NCBI RefSeq assembly: GCF_018350175.1
Contig: NC_058383.1
Coordinates: 186,001-250,000 of the forward strand
Reading direction: 5' to 3'
Length of the DNA: 64,000 nt
Source: Felis catus
Taxonomy: Eukaryota
This document shows, piece by piece, positions 46,858 through 60,315 of the stretch. Position numbers and translations under genes: made by a program. Every line of letters starts with the position of its first letter. Within the stretch, counting starts at the first letter, position 1. The notes under the pieces were generated by a model. That model saw only the letters and a list, made by a program, of their open reading frames with translations, was not told the DNA's origin and did no database searches.

Positions 46858-49149
46858 AGTCTCCTCAACATATTGTTTTGTAAAAACTAGACAGCAACCT
46901 GGAAAACAAAACAAAAACAACAACGGACCACTTCCTTACAACATACACAAAAATAAATCCAACACGGATAAATACCTATGTGTGAAACCTGAAACCATAA
47001 AAATCCCAGAGGATACCTAACACAGGCAGTATCTTATTTGACTTTGTCTGCAAACGTCTTTGTAGATATATCTCCTGAGGTAAGGGAAACACAAGCAAAA
47101 ATAATGGTACTTCATAAAAATAAAAAGCTTCTGTCACCAAGGAGATAGTCAACAAAACTAAAACACCTACAAGAATAATATTTGTAAACGACATCTGATA
47201 AAGGGTTAGTGTCCAAAATATATAAAGTTATACAGCACCTAAGAAATGAAAAATCCAACTAAAAATGGGCAGACGACATGAATGGGCATTTTCCCAAGGA
47301 AGATATACACATAGCCAAGAGACACATGTAAAGATGCTCAACATTACTCATCTTCAGGGAAACACAATTCAAAACTACAATGAGATAACACATGACATCT
47401 GTCAGCATGACTAAAATCGATGAATGATGAAACAGCAGGTGTTGCAAGGATAAGGGGAAAGAGAAACCCTCTTGCACTGTGGGTAGGAATGCAAACAGGT
47501 GGAGCCACTCTGGAAAACATCATGGAGATTTGTTAAAAAAAAAAATGGAAATAGAACTGCCTTACAATCCAGCAATTTCACTACGAAGTATTTCCACAAA
47601 GAATACAAAAATAATTCTTCAAAGGGATACATGCACCCTGATGTTTACACCAGCATTTTCTACAACAGCCAAATTACGGAAACTGCCCGAGCATCCATCA
47701 ACTGATGAATAAACTGAGATGTAGTGTATGGAATGTAATATTATTTAGCCATAAAAACATGAAATCTTGTCATTGGCCACGAGGTGGATGGAGCGAGAGA
47801 ACGTTATACTGGGTGAAATAAGACTGTCACAGAAAGACAAATACCAGATGATTTCACTAACACATGGAAATGAAACAAAACAAGGTGGGGGGTGGGGGGA
47901 GACAGTGACAAACAGGCTCTTAACTGGGAAACAAACTGAGGGCTTCCACAGCGAGATGGGGAATGGGTGAAACAGCTGCTGGGGATTAAGAATGCCCCTG
48001 GGATGAGCACCGGGTGACGTGTTGAAGTGTTGCTCTATATTGTACACCTGAAACTGATATTACACTGTGTTTTAACTCACTGGAATTTACATTAAAAGAT
48101 AACATAAGGTTAATGAGACTTACCTACCAGGTTTTCTGTAGTTTTCAATCACTTCACTAGGTTGGAAAAATAACCATGAAATTTTTTAAAAAGCATGTAT
48201 GATGTGGGGGACAGTTTGTGCCCTTACCTCGGTCTCTGGTTCCGGCAGGACTCGGAAAGTGGGTCCCAGCTCATTCTTCTAGAAGGTCCTGAGATGAGCA
48301 TTTCATGTATTCACGTCCTAACTGAATGCAGCTCCCGTTCTTCTGAATTTCTGTCAGGGTTTCTGCCCGGGAACAAGCCTGAATCTGGAACAAACCATCG
48401 ACTGCATCTATGAGGTGATGTCCTGGGACCCCGCAATCCATGAGTCCTTTAGTAAAATATGTCTTGTTCAAATACTGTCTGGGAAGGGGAGGAATGAAAC
48501 ATGGGGACAGCCCAGAAAATGCAAGGGACTGCGGTGCTCAGCAACCAGCTTGCCCAGGGAAGCCACCCAGCGCCCCCTCCTCAGCACTCAGTACAACAAG
48601 GCAGCTTCTCTCTGGTGACTCAGGAGATGCCAAGTTGCTGCAAAACTCCCAATGTCTCCCCTGGGGTGGGCGGCAGAACGCGCTGGAAACGCAGCTCTGC
48701 TCTCTGTCCTGAGGCAGCGGCAGAGGACCTGTGTCCTCTGGGAGCAACAGCAACCCTTCCTGCTCTGAGGTTTCCTGGGTCAGAAAAGCCAATGATGCGC
48801 CCTCTGCTGGCCATCACTGCCCAGGCAGAGGAAACCGCCCTCCCGGTGTGTGGTGCTCGAGCTCTCTCTGCTGGCCACCATGGGAATTCCTGCAATGTTG
48901 AAAGCCCTGGTCGCTCAGCTGAGGGATCGAAGGTGCTCTGAGCAACCCAGCCTGTTCTCCACATTGGGAAGGGTCTTAGTGACAGGGCCTGGAACATAAA
49001 AAATCTTTTCCTTCTCCTTTCTTGTGAGTGAAGAATGAAACCGAATTTATTAATGTAATGACATCCTTTGTAATGCTTTATGTAACGTTCCCAGAAAAAT
49101 AGACCAGCAATTTACACATGCTGAACAAGAGGTCATCATGTTTACCACC

Positions 49150-49400
49150 ATAGTGTTTAGGTTAGATAAAGAATTAACACCTTTGAGAGAGAGATACCAG
49201 CTTCCAGCTATGGAATGAATGAGTCCTAGGGATACAAGGGACAGCCAATGGAAGAGAGTCCATCCTGTAATAATACTGTTGCATGCTTCTACATGATAGC
49301 TACACTTGTGCTCAAGTACAACATAATTTATAGACATGGAATGACTACAATGTATGCCTGAAATTAATACAACAAATGTGTGAACAATAAACTATCATTT
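49150..49400 (+). mobile_element. Old L1 3'UTR end
   Basis: cagcttccagctatggaatgaatgagtc...cctgaaattaatacaaca. Confidence 0.65.
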
Positions 49401-49402
49401 CT

Positions 49403-49607
49403 GGGGCGCTTGGGTGGCTTAGTCAGTTAAGCGTCCGACTTCCACCCAGGTCATGATCTTGCAGTCCATGAGTTTGAGCCCTGCGTCAGGCTCTGTACTG
49501 ACAGCTCAGAGCCTGGAGCCTGCCTCAGATTTGGTGTCTCCTGCTCTCTCCACCCCTTCCCCGCTCAGGCTCTCCCCAAAAAAAGAAAAACAGAAACATT
49601 ATATATT
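49403..49607 (+). mobile_element. CAN-SINE
   Basis: ggggcgcttgggtggcttagtcagttaagcgtccgac; flanks atcatttct / atcattcct. Confidence 0.92.
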
Positions 49608-50779
49608 AAAAAATCATTCCTAATTTAGAATCTGTGAAATTCCACTTACACCAGATTCTCTAACATCACCATCTTGATGTTGAAAGCTTACCTGAAAAGT
49701 CACTAATGATATCTTTGATGACACATACATGACAAGGTCAGAATGCAACTTACAGGGAGCTACACATCTGTTATGAATTTACTGTATTTATCCTTGGCTA
49801 ATATTTCTAATGAAATGTGCTTTAGGGATACAGATGGATGAAATAATGTCCATTGGTCATATAGGTCAAATTCCTATAGGACCATTATGCCTTCAATTAC
49901 TAATTGCCATCTCTTCAGAATTAAAGCTGGGAGAAGAAAATGTCTTTGAATTTGATGTAAGAGAAGACTATGGTGTTTTAAAGGGTTCACCTACCATCTG
50001 GCATCCTCAGTTTGGCAGTGGACAGGAGGATAGAAACCCATGATCTTGATGCACACCGCTAGTTCCAGAGGGAGAATATGGACCTTTTTGTCAAATACTT
50101 TTTATCAATATCAGCAGTTCAACTCTGCCAGGTCCAGACTGCCGGACCTGGGGGCAACACAATGCCTGATGCCTGGGTTCAGAACATGAGGAAGACCAGC
50201 TGGTAGGGAGTGGCGGGGAAATCCAACAGGGCCTGGGGAAGTGAGAGAGATGGGTCCGGGTTCCCTCCCCACAGGGCGGGATCTGGAGTTTACCTGCCAA
50301 AGAGCAGCACACTCTCCCTCAAGACATCCCTCTCCATGACAGAACATGAGGATGAGCCCCACAATTCCAGGAGAAATGAGGGATACCCATCTTTTCAAAT
50401 GCAATGACCTCTGCAAAGCTTGGCCCCAGGGATGTTGGAGTCTTGGACTCACAGAACTCTGATGCCCGTGATACCAGCCATTTCTGCCCCAGCACTCAGA
50501 GACACCTCATACATCCCCTCTCCCCTGGCCCATCTCACCCCATCCACATTCCTGGACCAGGTCTCTACTTTCTCCTTGTACTTCCTCTTTGTCTCTGTTT
50601 CTCTCTAACCACATCTCTCTCTGTTTCTTCCTTTCACTCTCCAGGACTTGCCCAGTTCCCCTATCACTCATCCAGTGTCTCTCTCCCTGCCTGCCTCTTT
50701 CTCCACCTCTCCCCAGGCTTCAGGATATCTACTATGTGCATGCAGCCCTGTCAAGGAGCACAGGGCCCTCCTGTCTCTC

Positions 50780-53700
50780 CCTTTCTCCTGTCATGTTTTG
50801 TCCCAGGCCCCGATCACAATGGAGTAGAATCCCCTGTACAGCAGTTGCTCACGTTGACATTTGCTATAGCAATGCTGGCAGCATGTGGACAGCCAGACAT
50901 TTACCCATGGTGGCCCAGCCATGATCCAAAACCTGCTGGAGAGCTGGCTGCTTCCCTAAGCTGGGAGGAAAAAGGGGCCCACAGGTTCAGAGTCCCTGGG
51001 GCAAAGTGGATTGGATTGGCCGATGTAGAAGGAGCCATAGGCTTACACACAACTCTCCTGGGTGGTGTCGAAGGAATCTATCTCAGACCATAGACCTCTG
51101 CCCTCCCCATCCCTCAATAAGGCAACAGGGAAAGCTTTGTGGGACATCATGTGACTCACCACAAAAATTGCGCCATTTGCCCCCTTGGAGGCCACCTGGA
51201 TTGGTGCTATTGGGGGCAGCTGGTAAGGTGCACAAGGGGACAAGAGCTGAATTAATGAAGGGCCACCTTACTGGTCTCCTGAATCCATTCCTCGCCATCA
51301 AAATAGACCCTTTCCTGGAGACAGATACCTGCCCTGCTCATCAGCACAAACCCCATCAACTAGCATGCACACCGTGTGCTCATGAGTATCTATCTACAGA
51401 ATTAACCACCACCACCAGAGCTCCCTAAAGGACGTATCCAACTCCTCAGATGGAACTATAGGTCCCTTCCAGGCAATACAACCCCAAAGAATGATCTGTC
51501 TTCTTCCACCAATACTGTACATACGATGTGTTGGTTAACTGCGTATTCAGGAACACCAAAGTATACACTTGATAGGGAATGAGTGTCGAACTTCCTGGAA
51601 GCAGACACTGACACAGAAACCCAACTGTGACAAGTGTATTAGGGGACATTAGGAAGGACAAAGTGGAGTGGACAGGGTGGGCAGGGAAAGCATTCAGACC
51701 AAGGGGCAAATTACACACCATCTCTAAATATATAATAACCAGCTGGTTTGTAATGGTTCCGTGTCCTATTCAAATTTCAGGGGCGCCTGGGTGGCTCAGT
51801 CGGTTACGTGTCCAACTTCGGCTCAGGTCATGATCTCGCAGTCCGTGAGTTTGAGCCCCGCGTCGGGCTCTGTGCTGACAGCTCAGAGCCTGGAGCCTGT
51901 TTCAGATTCTGTGACTCCCTCTCTCTCTGACCCTCCCCGCGTTTGTGCTATGTCTCTCTCTGTCTCAAAAATAAATAAACGTTAAAAAAAAACTTAAAAA
52001 AAAAAAACAAATTTCAAACTGATTGCCCTCTACGTCAAAGTGATTTTGAGTTATTGCAAAGGGATCTTCTCTTCTCCTCTATACATTTTTCTTCTACAAT
52101 ACATCTTGGCCTTGAATGAGCACATATTTGTGTGGCTGCATTTGTGTGTCTACCTCAGATCTTAGATGTAGATCCCTGAATGTACATATTCTCATACTTA
52201 TCTTTTCCTTCTCTGTAAAGTCGGACCTGAATTTTAATAGAAAAAACACAGGGGTGTTTGCTGTATCTTTTGAAACAGGAATTGCCAATCTCCCAGCCTT
52301 AGGCATTATACCCTTAGTTTCATGAAATTGAATGAACATCTGATGATCTTCTGTGTGCAGATACATTCATTTCCACCCTGAGAAGGGTGAATGCCCACTC
52401 ATCCCATACATTTTACAAATTCCTTATGTGCTTAACCACCTCTTCATCGCACTGACCTCAGAAACCAACACTGTCCCTGCTTCTCAGATTACAAAGCTGA
52501 GGCTCTGAGATGGCCCCACTGAGAGGTGACATTAGGACTGAGACAGCAGGATCCCAGGCAATGCCTCAGGAAATTGTGAGGGAAGTTTCAGAGATGCAAA
52601 CCTTCATGGAGGGTGGTGACAGTAGGTTCAGGGGTACGGTGACGAGAGTCCAGCAGGGGAGTTTCCTGATCAACCCTGAATTCCCCGCTAAGAGTCTGAC
52701 TCAGGCTGAAGGCCAAGGAAGCCACACAGCTGATCAACCTTTCGTCGCATTTAGTCTTACAGAGGCACACAAACTTAGGCAGACAAGCATCCCATAAGAA
52801 CCAAGTTAAAATACAATTCTCCAGGGCATTCTTTCACACGGATCCAGAACCTTCAGAAAACCAAGGGAAACAACAGTCTTTATTTAGATAATGAACTAGG
52901 TGCACTTTGGCCACAATGAAATTTCAGAGATGATACCTGCATGAACTGTCCTTCAACCCATGCAGCAGCTCTGTGTGAACTTCATGCTGCACTCACTCTC
53001 CCTGCCCAGGTTGTGGGCCCTGCCACAAATGGCCTCCAACTCCATCTCACTGAGTCTAATACCCTCCCCTCTGCACCATCTCAGCTCTCCCTTCTCATGC
53101 ACAACCTCCAATTCATTCCCATGAGATTCATGTCTCCATCTTTTGTACTTGAGGACCCATTACTGGAGCTTCCACTACTGTAGATCAGAAGTTCCATGTC
53201 ATTTAATGCATGTGACTCTCTCCCCATTAGGACACTTGAAGCCCCTGATGGTAAGGGTTTGCCTCATCTCTCACAGAGCCAGGGACATGGACTGTGTACA
53301 AGGCACATCTGCAGAACTGATATGCCTGCTTTTCTATTAAAAGACTCTTTCCTTCTCCACAAGAGACATATATAGCCCAGCTCAGCAATGGAAAATGACA
53401 CAGCCCAACATATGCATGTCCTGAGAAATTTGAGGAATTTTAACAGTGTCCTCATCCAGCAGCACCCTTGCATTACAAAGCCTGTGAGGCCATCTCTACA
53501 TCTTCTCAAAGACTCAACAACACAGAAGCTGAACATGTCAACTCATACTGTTCAGATCATCTCACAAAGAGTCCAGGTGGAAGTGGTGAGTCCTGTCCAT
53601 GAGAACACCAAAGAGCTGGAGGTGGCTCATAGAGCCATTGAACAGTGATAAAGGGGATCTGTGGGGAAGGGCCTGCAGAGTGGACCTGGGAAAGGAGGAG

Positions 53701-54070
53701 GTCCTCTTGAATCCATAGGGACCTACAGAACAGAAGTGTCAGGTATGTTGGTATGACAGACAGAAGCAGAACGCCCACGGGAGCTGAAACACAATGAAGC
53801 AGGTGTCAGCACCTGGCCCCTTGTTCATTCACAGGTTCTAGCAGAATGGAGCATCAGTGCCAGAAAACTCTACCCTCCCACGAGGTCCCACCTACAACCT
53901 GAAGGTACCAGATAGCACAAGGAAAAATTACTGTCGCCACATGTCACTGCCCATGTCTACAAATGCAGAAAGCCAAGGAGTCCTATTCTAGAAGATTGAT
54001 GGCAGTAATGCTGGTCTAATAAAGGAGCGTATTCCAGGAGGCAACCCTAACCCTAACCCTCTTCCACCAG
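50780..54070. repeat. Unidentified low-copy duplicated module, copy 2
   Basis: Colinear with 3850-7080 in the same orientation and, over 53260-54070, with 55805-56650. Confidence 0.8.
51780..52007 (+). mobile_element. CAN-SINE
   Basis: Full head and tail; TSD caaatttca (51771-51779 / 52008-52016). Confidence 0.95.
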
Positions 54071-54582
54071 ATCTGCAGACTTTTTATTTTCACACTGAGA
54101 ACAGACAGAACATGAAGGAATGAAAGAAAAGCCCAGCACCACACAGAGATTCAGGGCCACCCCAGGGTCAAAGCTCAACCTGCCATCCCATGCCTGTCCT
54201 CACTCTGCTTCCCTCCCTGACAAAGACATCTTCTGTGCAAGGCCACAGAGACCTCTGAGGAGATGGGGATTCCTGGAGTCCTGCAGGGGGCCTGAAAATG
54301 TGTTTTCTGAGAGAAACACATTACCTGTGCACATTCATTGGTCTCCAGTATGTTTATCTTAATTCACAGGTAATTCAGCTTTTAAATACAATATGAATTG
54401 CAGAGCTATTTTGTCCCATTGTAAAAGGGAGGTAGAAATTCTAAATAAAAGAATGAACAGAAACATGTCTCAATTTCAGGTGTAAAACTCGCATAAGGTA
54501 ACATGAGACAAAGTACCAATTACAACTGCTCCCGGGACACAAGAGAACCTGCTCATATAAACACAACTGAAGAACTCTGTGA

Positions 54583-54808
54583 GGGGCGCCTGGGTGGCGC
54601 AGTCGGTTAAGCATCCGACTTCAGCCAGGTCACGGTCTCGCGGTCCGTGAGTTCCAGCCCCGCGTCGGGCTCTGGGATGATGGCTCAGAGCCTGGAGCCT
54701 GTTTCCGATTCTGTGTCTCCCTCTCTCTCTGCCCCTTCCCCGTTCATGCTCTGTCTCTCTCTGTCCCCCAAAAAATAAATAAACGTTGAAAAAAAATTAA
54801 AAAAAAAC
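54583..54808 (+). mobile_element. Young CAN-SINE (SINEC_Fc-type)
   Basis: ggggcgcctgggtggcgcagtcgg...; flanks aactctgtga / aactctgaga. Confidence 0.95.
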
Positions 54809-55804
54809 AAAAACTCTGAGATACTGGCCCTGCAGGTAATCACTGATTCTCTCCCTTCATGACTGCAGTTCCATATACATTTTTGATTACACATGCCGCT
54901 TCTAAAAATTCAGAGTATTTCCACGAAGGGGACAACTGGAGAAATTCTCTATTGTATATTTACCAACACAGAAGGACCAGTAATGAATTCTGAAATTTTT
55001 CTAAAAACCCTCAGCACTGCACAAAGCACACAATATAATGTTGGAAAGAGTTTTTATCTATTCCAGTCACGAGGCTCATAGCAGACATTCTGAACAAATT
55101 CATCGCCTACACTAAAATAGGAAAAAATGAAAATAATAAGGATAATCCCATGTAAAGAAGGTGGGGAAGGAGTCAGATGCTCCAGAAGACTTGGGGTGCA
55201 ATGAAGTGTCATCCTCTTCAAGTTATTTCCAAAAACACAAAGTGAGAGCCACGTGGTCCTCAGCCTCCATGCACTTGTGGCTTCCAGAGGCTCTAGCTAA
55301 CATGATGATCTTAAACTGGAGAAGCCTGGAGGCTTGTGAGGATGTAAATCAAGCAGTAAAGACACTAGAGGACATAGAAACCCAGACAAGGCCAGATAAA
55401 ATTTTCCAGAAATCATTGCAACTGAAACGGGCAACAGAATTTACCTTGTCTTTCTCTGCATCCTTGGTAGAGACACAACTGATATTCCCCATGGGAGCTG
55501 CACCACGTCCTAGGTCTCATAAATGATGGAGGTAGATGGAGGTTGATTCTGACCTGCATAGACTATGTGGAAGAAAAAGAAACCATCCGCCACATGTTTC
55601 ATTATATTCAACTCATTCACACTCTCGGGTCCCTTACCAGGGGCAGAGGGTTTTTCAGGTGTCTCAGGTGACCCTTGAGGACAAGAGGGAGATCTGATCC
55701 TGTCTTTTGAGGAAGGTTTACAGGACCCTGGTTTGGGTGTTTTTATAACTAATCAAGCAGCTGTGAACAGCTCAGGTCTCAACTCACTAGAAACTAAGTT
55801 AGCG

Positions 55805-56650
55805 GTGTGTCTCATCCCTCAGAGAGCCCAGCACATGGTCTCTGTACAAGCAACATCCTAGGGAGTGCTGTGTCTGTCACATGTATAAGGCCTCTTTCCT
55901 TCTCTATCAGAGACACGTGTTGCCCAGCTCACTATGTGGAAATGACTGCCCATTTCATGCATGTCCTGAGAAACCTGAATCACGTTACAACATCCTCACT
56001 CAGGCTGGCCTGTAACCCCTGTGGTGCCGTCACTGCATCTTCTCCAAACACATAACAAGTAAAAGACAAAACGTGTTTTATAAGTCAACTCATACTGGTC
56101 ATATCATCTTTCCAGATGGTGGAGGTGGAAGGTGAGGTCCCAGAGGACCCCAATTTGGAGAAGGTGGAGGTGGCCTAAAGCCCACAGACAGTGATAAAGG
56201 GCAGCCCATGGAGTAGGACATGGAGGGCACTTCTGGGAAAGGAGGAAATGTTCTGGAAACCACGTGGACCTGCAGGACAGAAATTAAACTTTTGAGATGT
56301 GTTAGGGTAAAAGGTGAAAAATCCAACACCAATACTAACATACCTGAACCCCAATGAAGCTGGAATGGTACCTGTCTCCTTCCCCTCCATCTGGCTTCAA
56401 CAGGGCATCATTGGTGCCACTAAACTCCACCCTTCCCACTGGGTCCCACCTAGAGCTTTTAGGAGTTGGAGGAGACAAAGCAGTGCATTGCTGGCAGCAT
56501 GCATGGTACTAGCTGTGTCTGCAAACGTAGGGAAGGAAGTGGCTAGTCTTAAAGGATCAGAGGGATAACTCCAGACTACTAAAGAAAGTCTGTTCTACAC
56601 AGTCTTCTATTTCCAGGACTACTCTCCGCCCAGCCCTTCACCACCTCAAC
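55805..56650. repeat. Unidentified duplicated module, partial copy 3
   Basis: Shares ctctttccttctc, gcccagctca, atgcatgtcctgagaaa, gtcaactcatactg, acagtgataaaggg, ctgggaaaggagga and ggtcccaccta with 53260-53900. Confidence 0.8.
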
Positions 56651-56699
56651 AGCTCCATGTTGGCATAGTAAGAGCTGAAATGATGAGGAAGAATTTTGT

Positions 56700-58500
56700 T
56701 TCTGTATCATTCATTTACATCTTTAATCCATTTCTAGTTAATTCTTGGAGTGGTATAACATAAGGTGCTAAGCTTTACACATTACACACGTGAATATCCT
56801 TTTTTCCCAGCACCAGTTATTCAAGAGACTACTCTTCTCCGGGGCACCTGGATGGCTCAGTCGGTTAAACGTCCGACTTCGGCTCAGGTCATGATCTCGC
56901 GGTCCGTGAGTTTGAGACCCTCATCAGGCTCTGTGCTGACAGCTCAGAGCCTGGAGCCTGTTTCAGATTCTGTGTCTCCCTCTTTCTCTACCCTCCCCTG
57001 TTCATGCTGTCTCTCTCTCTGTCTCAAAAATAAATAAACGTTAAAAATTTTTTTTTAAAAAGAGACTACCCTTCTCCACTGTGTATTCTTGACTCCCTTG
57101 TCAAATACTAGTTGACTGTGCAATGCAAGGGTTTAGTTTGGCCTCTCAATTTCCATTCCCTTGTCTTGTGTGTGTGCTTATGCCAGTGATATATCTGATT
57201 TCTTTGTGTTAGAATGCAGCTTGAAATCAAGAAGTGTGATGCCTCCTGTTTTGTTCTTTCTTGCATTGGCTACTTGGGGTCTTTTTGTGGTTCCAAATAC
57301 ATTTTAGGATATGATTTTCTAATTGCATACAAATTGCATCGGAGTCTTAATAGAGATTGCACTGAATCTCTAGATGGCTTTGGGTAGTATGGACATTGTA
57401 TCTATATTAATTCCTGCAAAAGATGGACGTGGGATGGCTTTTCACTGACTTGTGTGTTCTCCTGTTTCTTTCATCCAAATTGAATTTCTTCCATTTCTGT
57501 ACACAGGTGTTATAGTTTTCTGTAGAGAGATCTTTCACTTCCTTGGCTAAATTTATTCCTATAAATTTTATTGTTTTTGATGCTATTGTAAATGGGATTG
57601 TTTTCTTTACTTCTTAGATAATTTGGTTAGTGTATAGGAATGCTATAGAATTTGATATGGTGACTTTCTAGTTTGGAACTTTACTGCATTTCTTGATTAG
57701 ATATTAACAGGTTCTTTTACATTAAACTTTTTATTTCATTCCTTTACCTTATTTTAAAAAATCATGTTATTTGGGAATAGCTGACACACTATGTTACATG
57801 TCATCTATATTCATCACGGGAATACTGGCCTATAGTTTTCTGTTCAGGTAGTATCCTTTTCTGGCTCCTACCAGGGTAATTCCAGTATCATGAAATGAGT
57901 TTGGTGGTGTTCGTTCCTTTTGAATCAGTGAGACGACTGCTGTTAGTTTCTTCTACAAACGTTTATTCACATTCACCAGTGAATCCACCTGGTCCTGGGC
58001 TTTTCTTCCCTGAGAGAATTTCGATTACTGATTCAATTTACTTGCATTGGTTATCTTCTTGTATCGATGCAGTCTTCCTTTAATGGGTCTGTGCAAACCT
58101 TCTATTTCTTCCTGATACAGTCTTGGTAGGTTGTGTGTTTCTAAGAATCTATCCATTTCTTCTAGGTAGGCGGTTTGCTGGCATCTAATTTGGCCGTAGT
58201 TGCCTCTTTGTCTCCTTTATGTTTCTTTGGTATCAGGTGTAATGTCTACTCTTTTATTTATAATTCTTTTGAATAAGGTCCTCTGTCTTAGCATAGTCTA
58301 TGTATAGTACTGACAATTTTGTTTCACTCTTCAGAAAACCCACTTTTGATCTTCTTCATATTTTCTATTGATTTCATGATCTCAGTTTCATTGGTTTCTA
58401 CTCTCATATGGATTACTTTGTCCCTTTTGAGAACATTGGACGTAGACTGTAGTTTTTTTCTAATTCTTTGAAGTTAAAGGTAGGTTATTCATTTGAGTCC
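56700..58500 (-). mobile_element. L1 ORF2 fragments (older subfamily)
   Basis: Minus-strand L1 text (gattgcactgaatctctagatggctttgggtagtatggaca; ccagtgaatccacctggtcctgggc). Confidence 0.82.
56841..57059 (+). mobile_element. CAN-SINE
   Basis: 18-bp TSD aagagactactcttctcc (56823-56840) / aagagactacccttctcc (57060-57077). Confidence 0.95.
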
Positions 58501-59490
58501 CAAATCTATCCTCCACACATGCAAATCTAGTGGTTCATCAGAGAACCTTCAATAGGTCTTTCCTGTCCTATTTCTCATTCTCAGAACTCCAAGAAATAGA
58601 ACCAAAAAATTTATTTGAAGACACAATAGATGAAATTTCCCTAATGCGGGAAGGAAACAGATCCAGAAGCAGGAGGCACAAAGAACCCCCAATATATTCA
58701 ACAGAAGCAGATCCACACCAAATCATATAGTAATTAAAATGCAGAATGTCATGATAAAGCAAAATTTTAACAGCAGGAAAACAAAAGATGGCAGTTACCT
58801 GCAAGGGAAACCCCATAAGGCTATCACTGGATGTTTTTCAGAAGAAACTTTGAAACCGTAAGTGAGCAGCACGGTATGGTAAAGGTGCCAAATGGAAAAC
58901 ATCTGCAGCCAAAGAGAGTCTATCCAGCACAATGATGGAAGGAGAGATCAAGATGTTCCCAAATAAATACTAAGCGAGTTCATAACCAACAAACCACTCC
59001 TGCAAGAAATGTTAAAGGGCACTCTTTAAGTGGAAAAGAAATACCTAAAGTGACAGTATTAAAATGCGAAACACACAAGCAATAAAAATGAGTATATCTA
59101 TAAAACATCAGCCAAGGTATTCGCGATATGAAAGGTTTTGAAATATGACACTACATATCTACAACACGGGGAGGAGAGGAGTAAAGAACTGGTTCAAACT
59201 TAAACAACTATCAACTTAATATAGACTTCTATATGAAGAAGTGGTTAGGTACAAACCTAATAATAACCACAAATCAAACACCACTAATACATATGCAGTG
59301 TATAAAGACAAGCAATTTCAACTGTGCTACTAAAGAAACCCAGCAAACCATAAAAAAGAGAAAAAGAAGAAAGTATCAGAAAGATTCAGAAACAACCAAC
59401 ATCAAGTAATAAAAGACAAGTACATGTCTATCAATTACTTTGAATGGAAACAGAATAAATGCTCAAAAAAAAGGCACTGGGTGACAAATA

Positions 59491-59948
59491 GGGGCACCTG
59501 GATGGCTCAATAGTTTGAGATTTCTAATCTTTTTGTTTTTAAAATTTTTTTAACGTTTATTTATTTTTGAGACAGAGAGAGACAGAGCATGAATGGGGGG
59601 GAGGGTCAGAGAGAGAGGGAGACACAGAATCGGAAGCAGGCTCCAGGCTCCGAGCTGTCAGCACAGAGCCCGACGCGGGGCTTGAACTCGTGAACCACGA
59701 GATCATGACCTGAGCCGAAGTCGGACACTTAACCAACTGAGCCACCCAGGCACCCCGAGATTTCTACTCTTGAATTCGGCTCAGGCTATGATGCCAGGAT
59801 CATGGAATTGAGCCCCAAGTGGACTCTGCACTGAGCATGGAACCTGCTTAAGATACATCCTCATTCTCATTCTCATTCTCTCTCTTTCTATCTTCCCCCA
59901 TTCCCCCGCCCTGCCCTCCCATGCCTGTGCTCTCTCTCTCCTCATAAT
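59491..59948 (+). mobile_element. Older CAN-SINE (host of a nested SINE)
   Basis: Head ggggcacctggatggctc; resumes at 59757. Flanked by the aaaaggcactgggtga direct repeat. Confidence 0.85.
59532..59756 (-). mobile_element. Younger CAN-SINE nested in a SINE
   Basis: TSD gagatttctaatctt (59517-59531) / gagatttctactctt (59757-59771). Confidence 0.95.
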
Positions 59949-60315
59949 AAAAGGCACTGGGTGATAGAATGAATAAGATACAGGACTCATCAATCTTCTA
60001 CCTAAAAGAGACTAATTATAGAACTAAAGTCTCAAAAAAAAAAACAGCAGTAGCCATACCTATATCAGACAAAATAGATTTAAAAATAAAACTGCAACAA
60101 GAGACAAAGAAGGACACTATAATACTAAAAGGTACAATCCAACAAAAAGATCCAATTGTGAACATAAATGCGCTCAACTTGAGACCATCCAATACACAAA
60201 TAAGTAAAAACTTAAAGACTTGATAGTCATACAATCATACTAGTGCACTTTAACACACGAACGACATCAATGTAGATATCATTCCATCAGAAAATATACA
60301 TTTGTATATTTTCCA

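Larger units (their letters stand above)
42935..48105 (+). mobile_element. Decayed L1 (inter-ORF region, ORF2, 3'UTR) with nested inserts
   Basis: ORF2 start-like tcaataatcactctgaatgttcgtggactaaatgctccaat (~43085). Colinear ORF2 remnants run to a 3'UTR ending ~48100. Confidence 0.87.
58590..60300 (+). mobile_element. L1 ORF1 3' half to ORF2 start
   Basis: aagggaaaccccataaggctatca (ORF1) and gtagccatacctatatcagacaaaatagattt (ORF2 endonuclease). Confidence 0.82.

Noticed and set aside
50404..51428. 229-aa and 140-aa ORFs as a protein-coding gene
   Set aside because: They run through pyrimidine-rich low-complexity sequence, show no recognisable domain, and are not conserved in paralogous copy 1.
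54043..54060. (AACCCT)3 as a telomerase-healed break
   Set aside because: Only 18 bp, and the paralogous position (~56620-56640) has a C-rich precursor, so local slippage or chance suffices.
56116..56178. MVEVEGEVPEDPNLEKVEVA resembling the TSPY acidic N-terminus
   Set aside because: Too short and compositionally biased; no NAP-domain exons are visible nearby.
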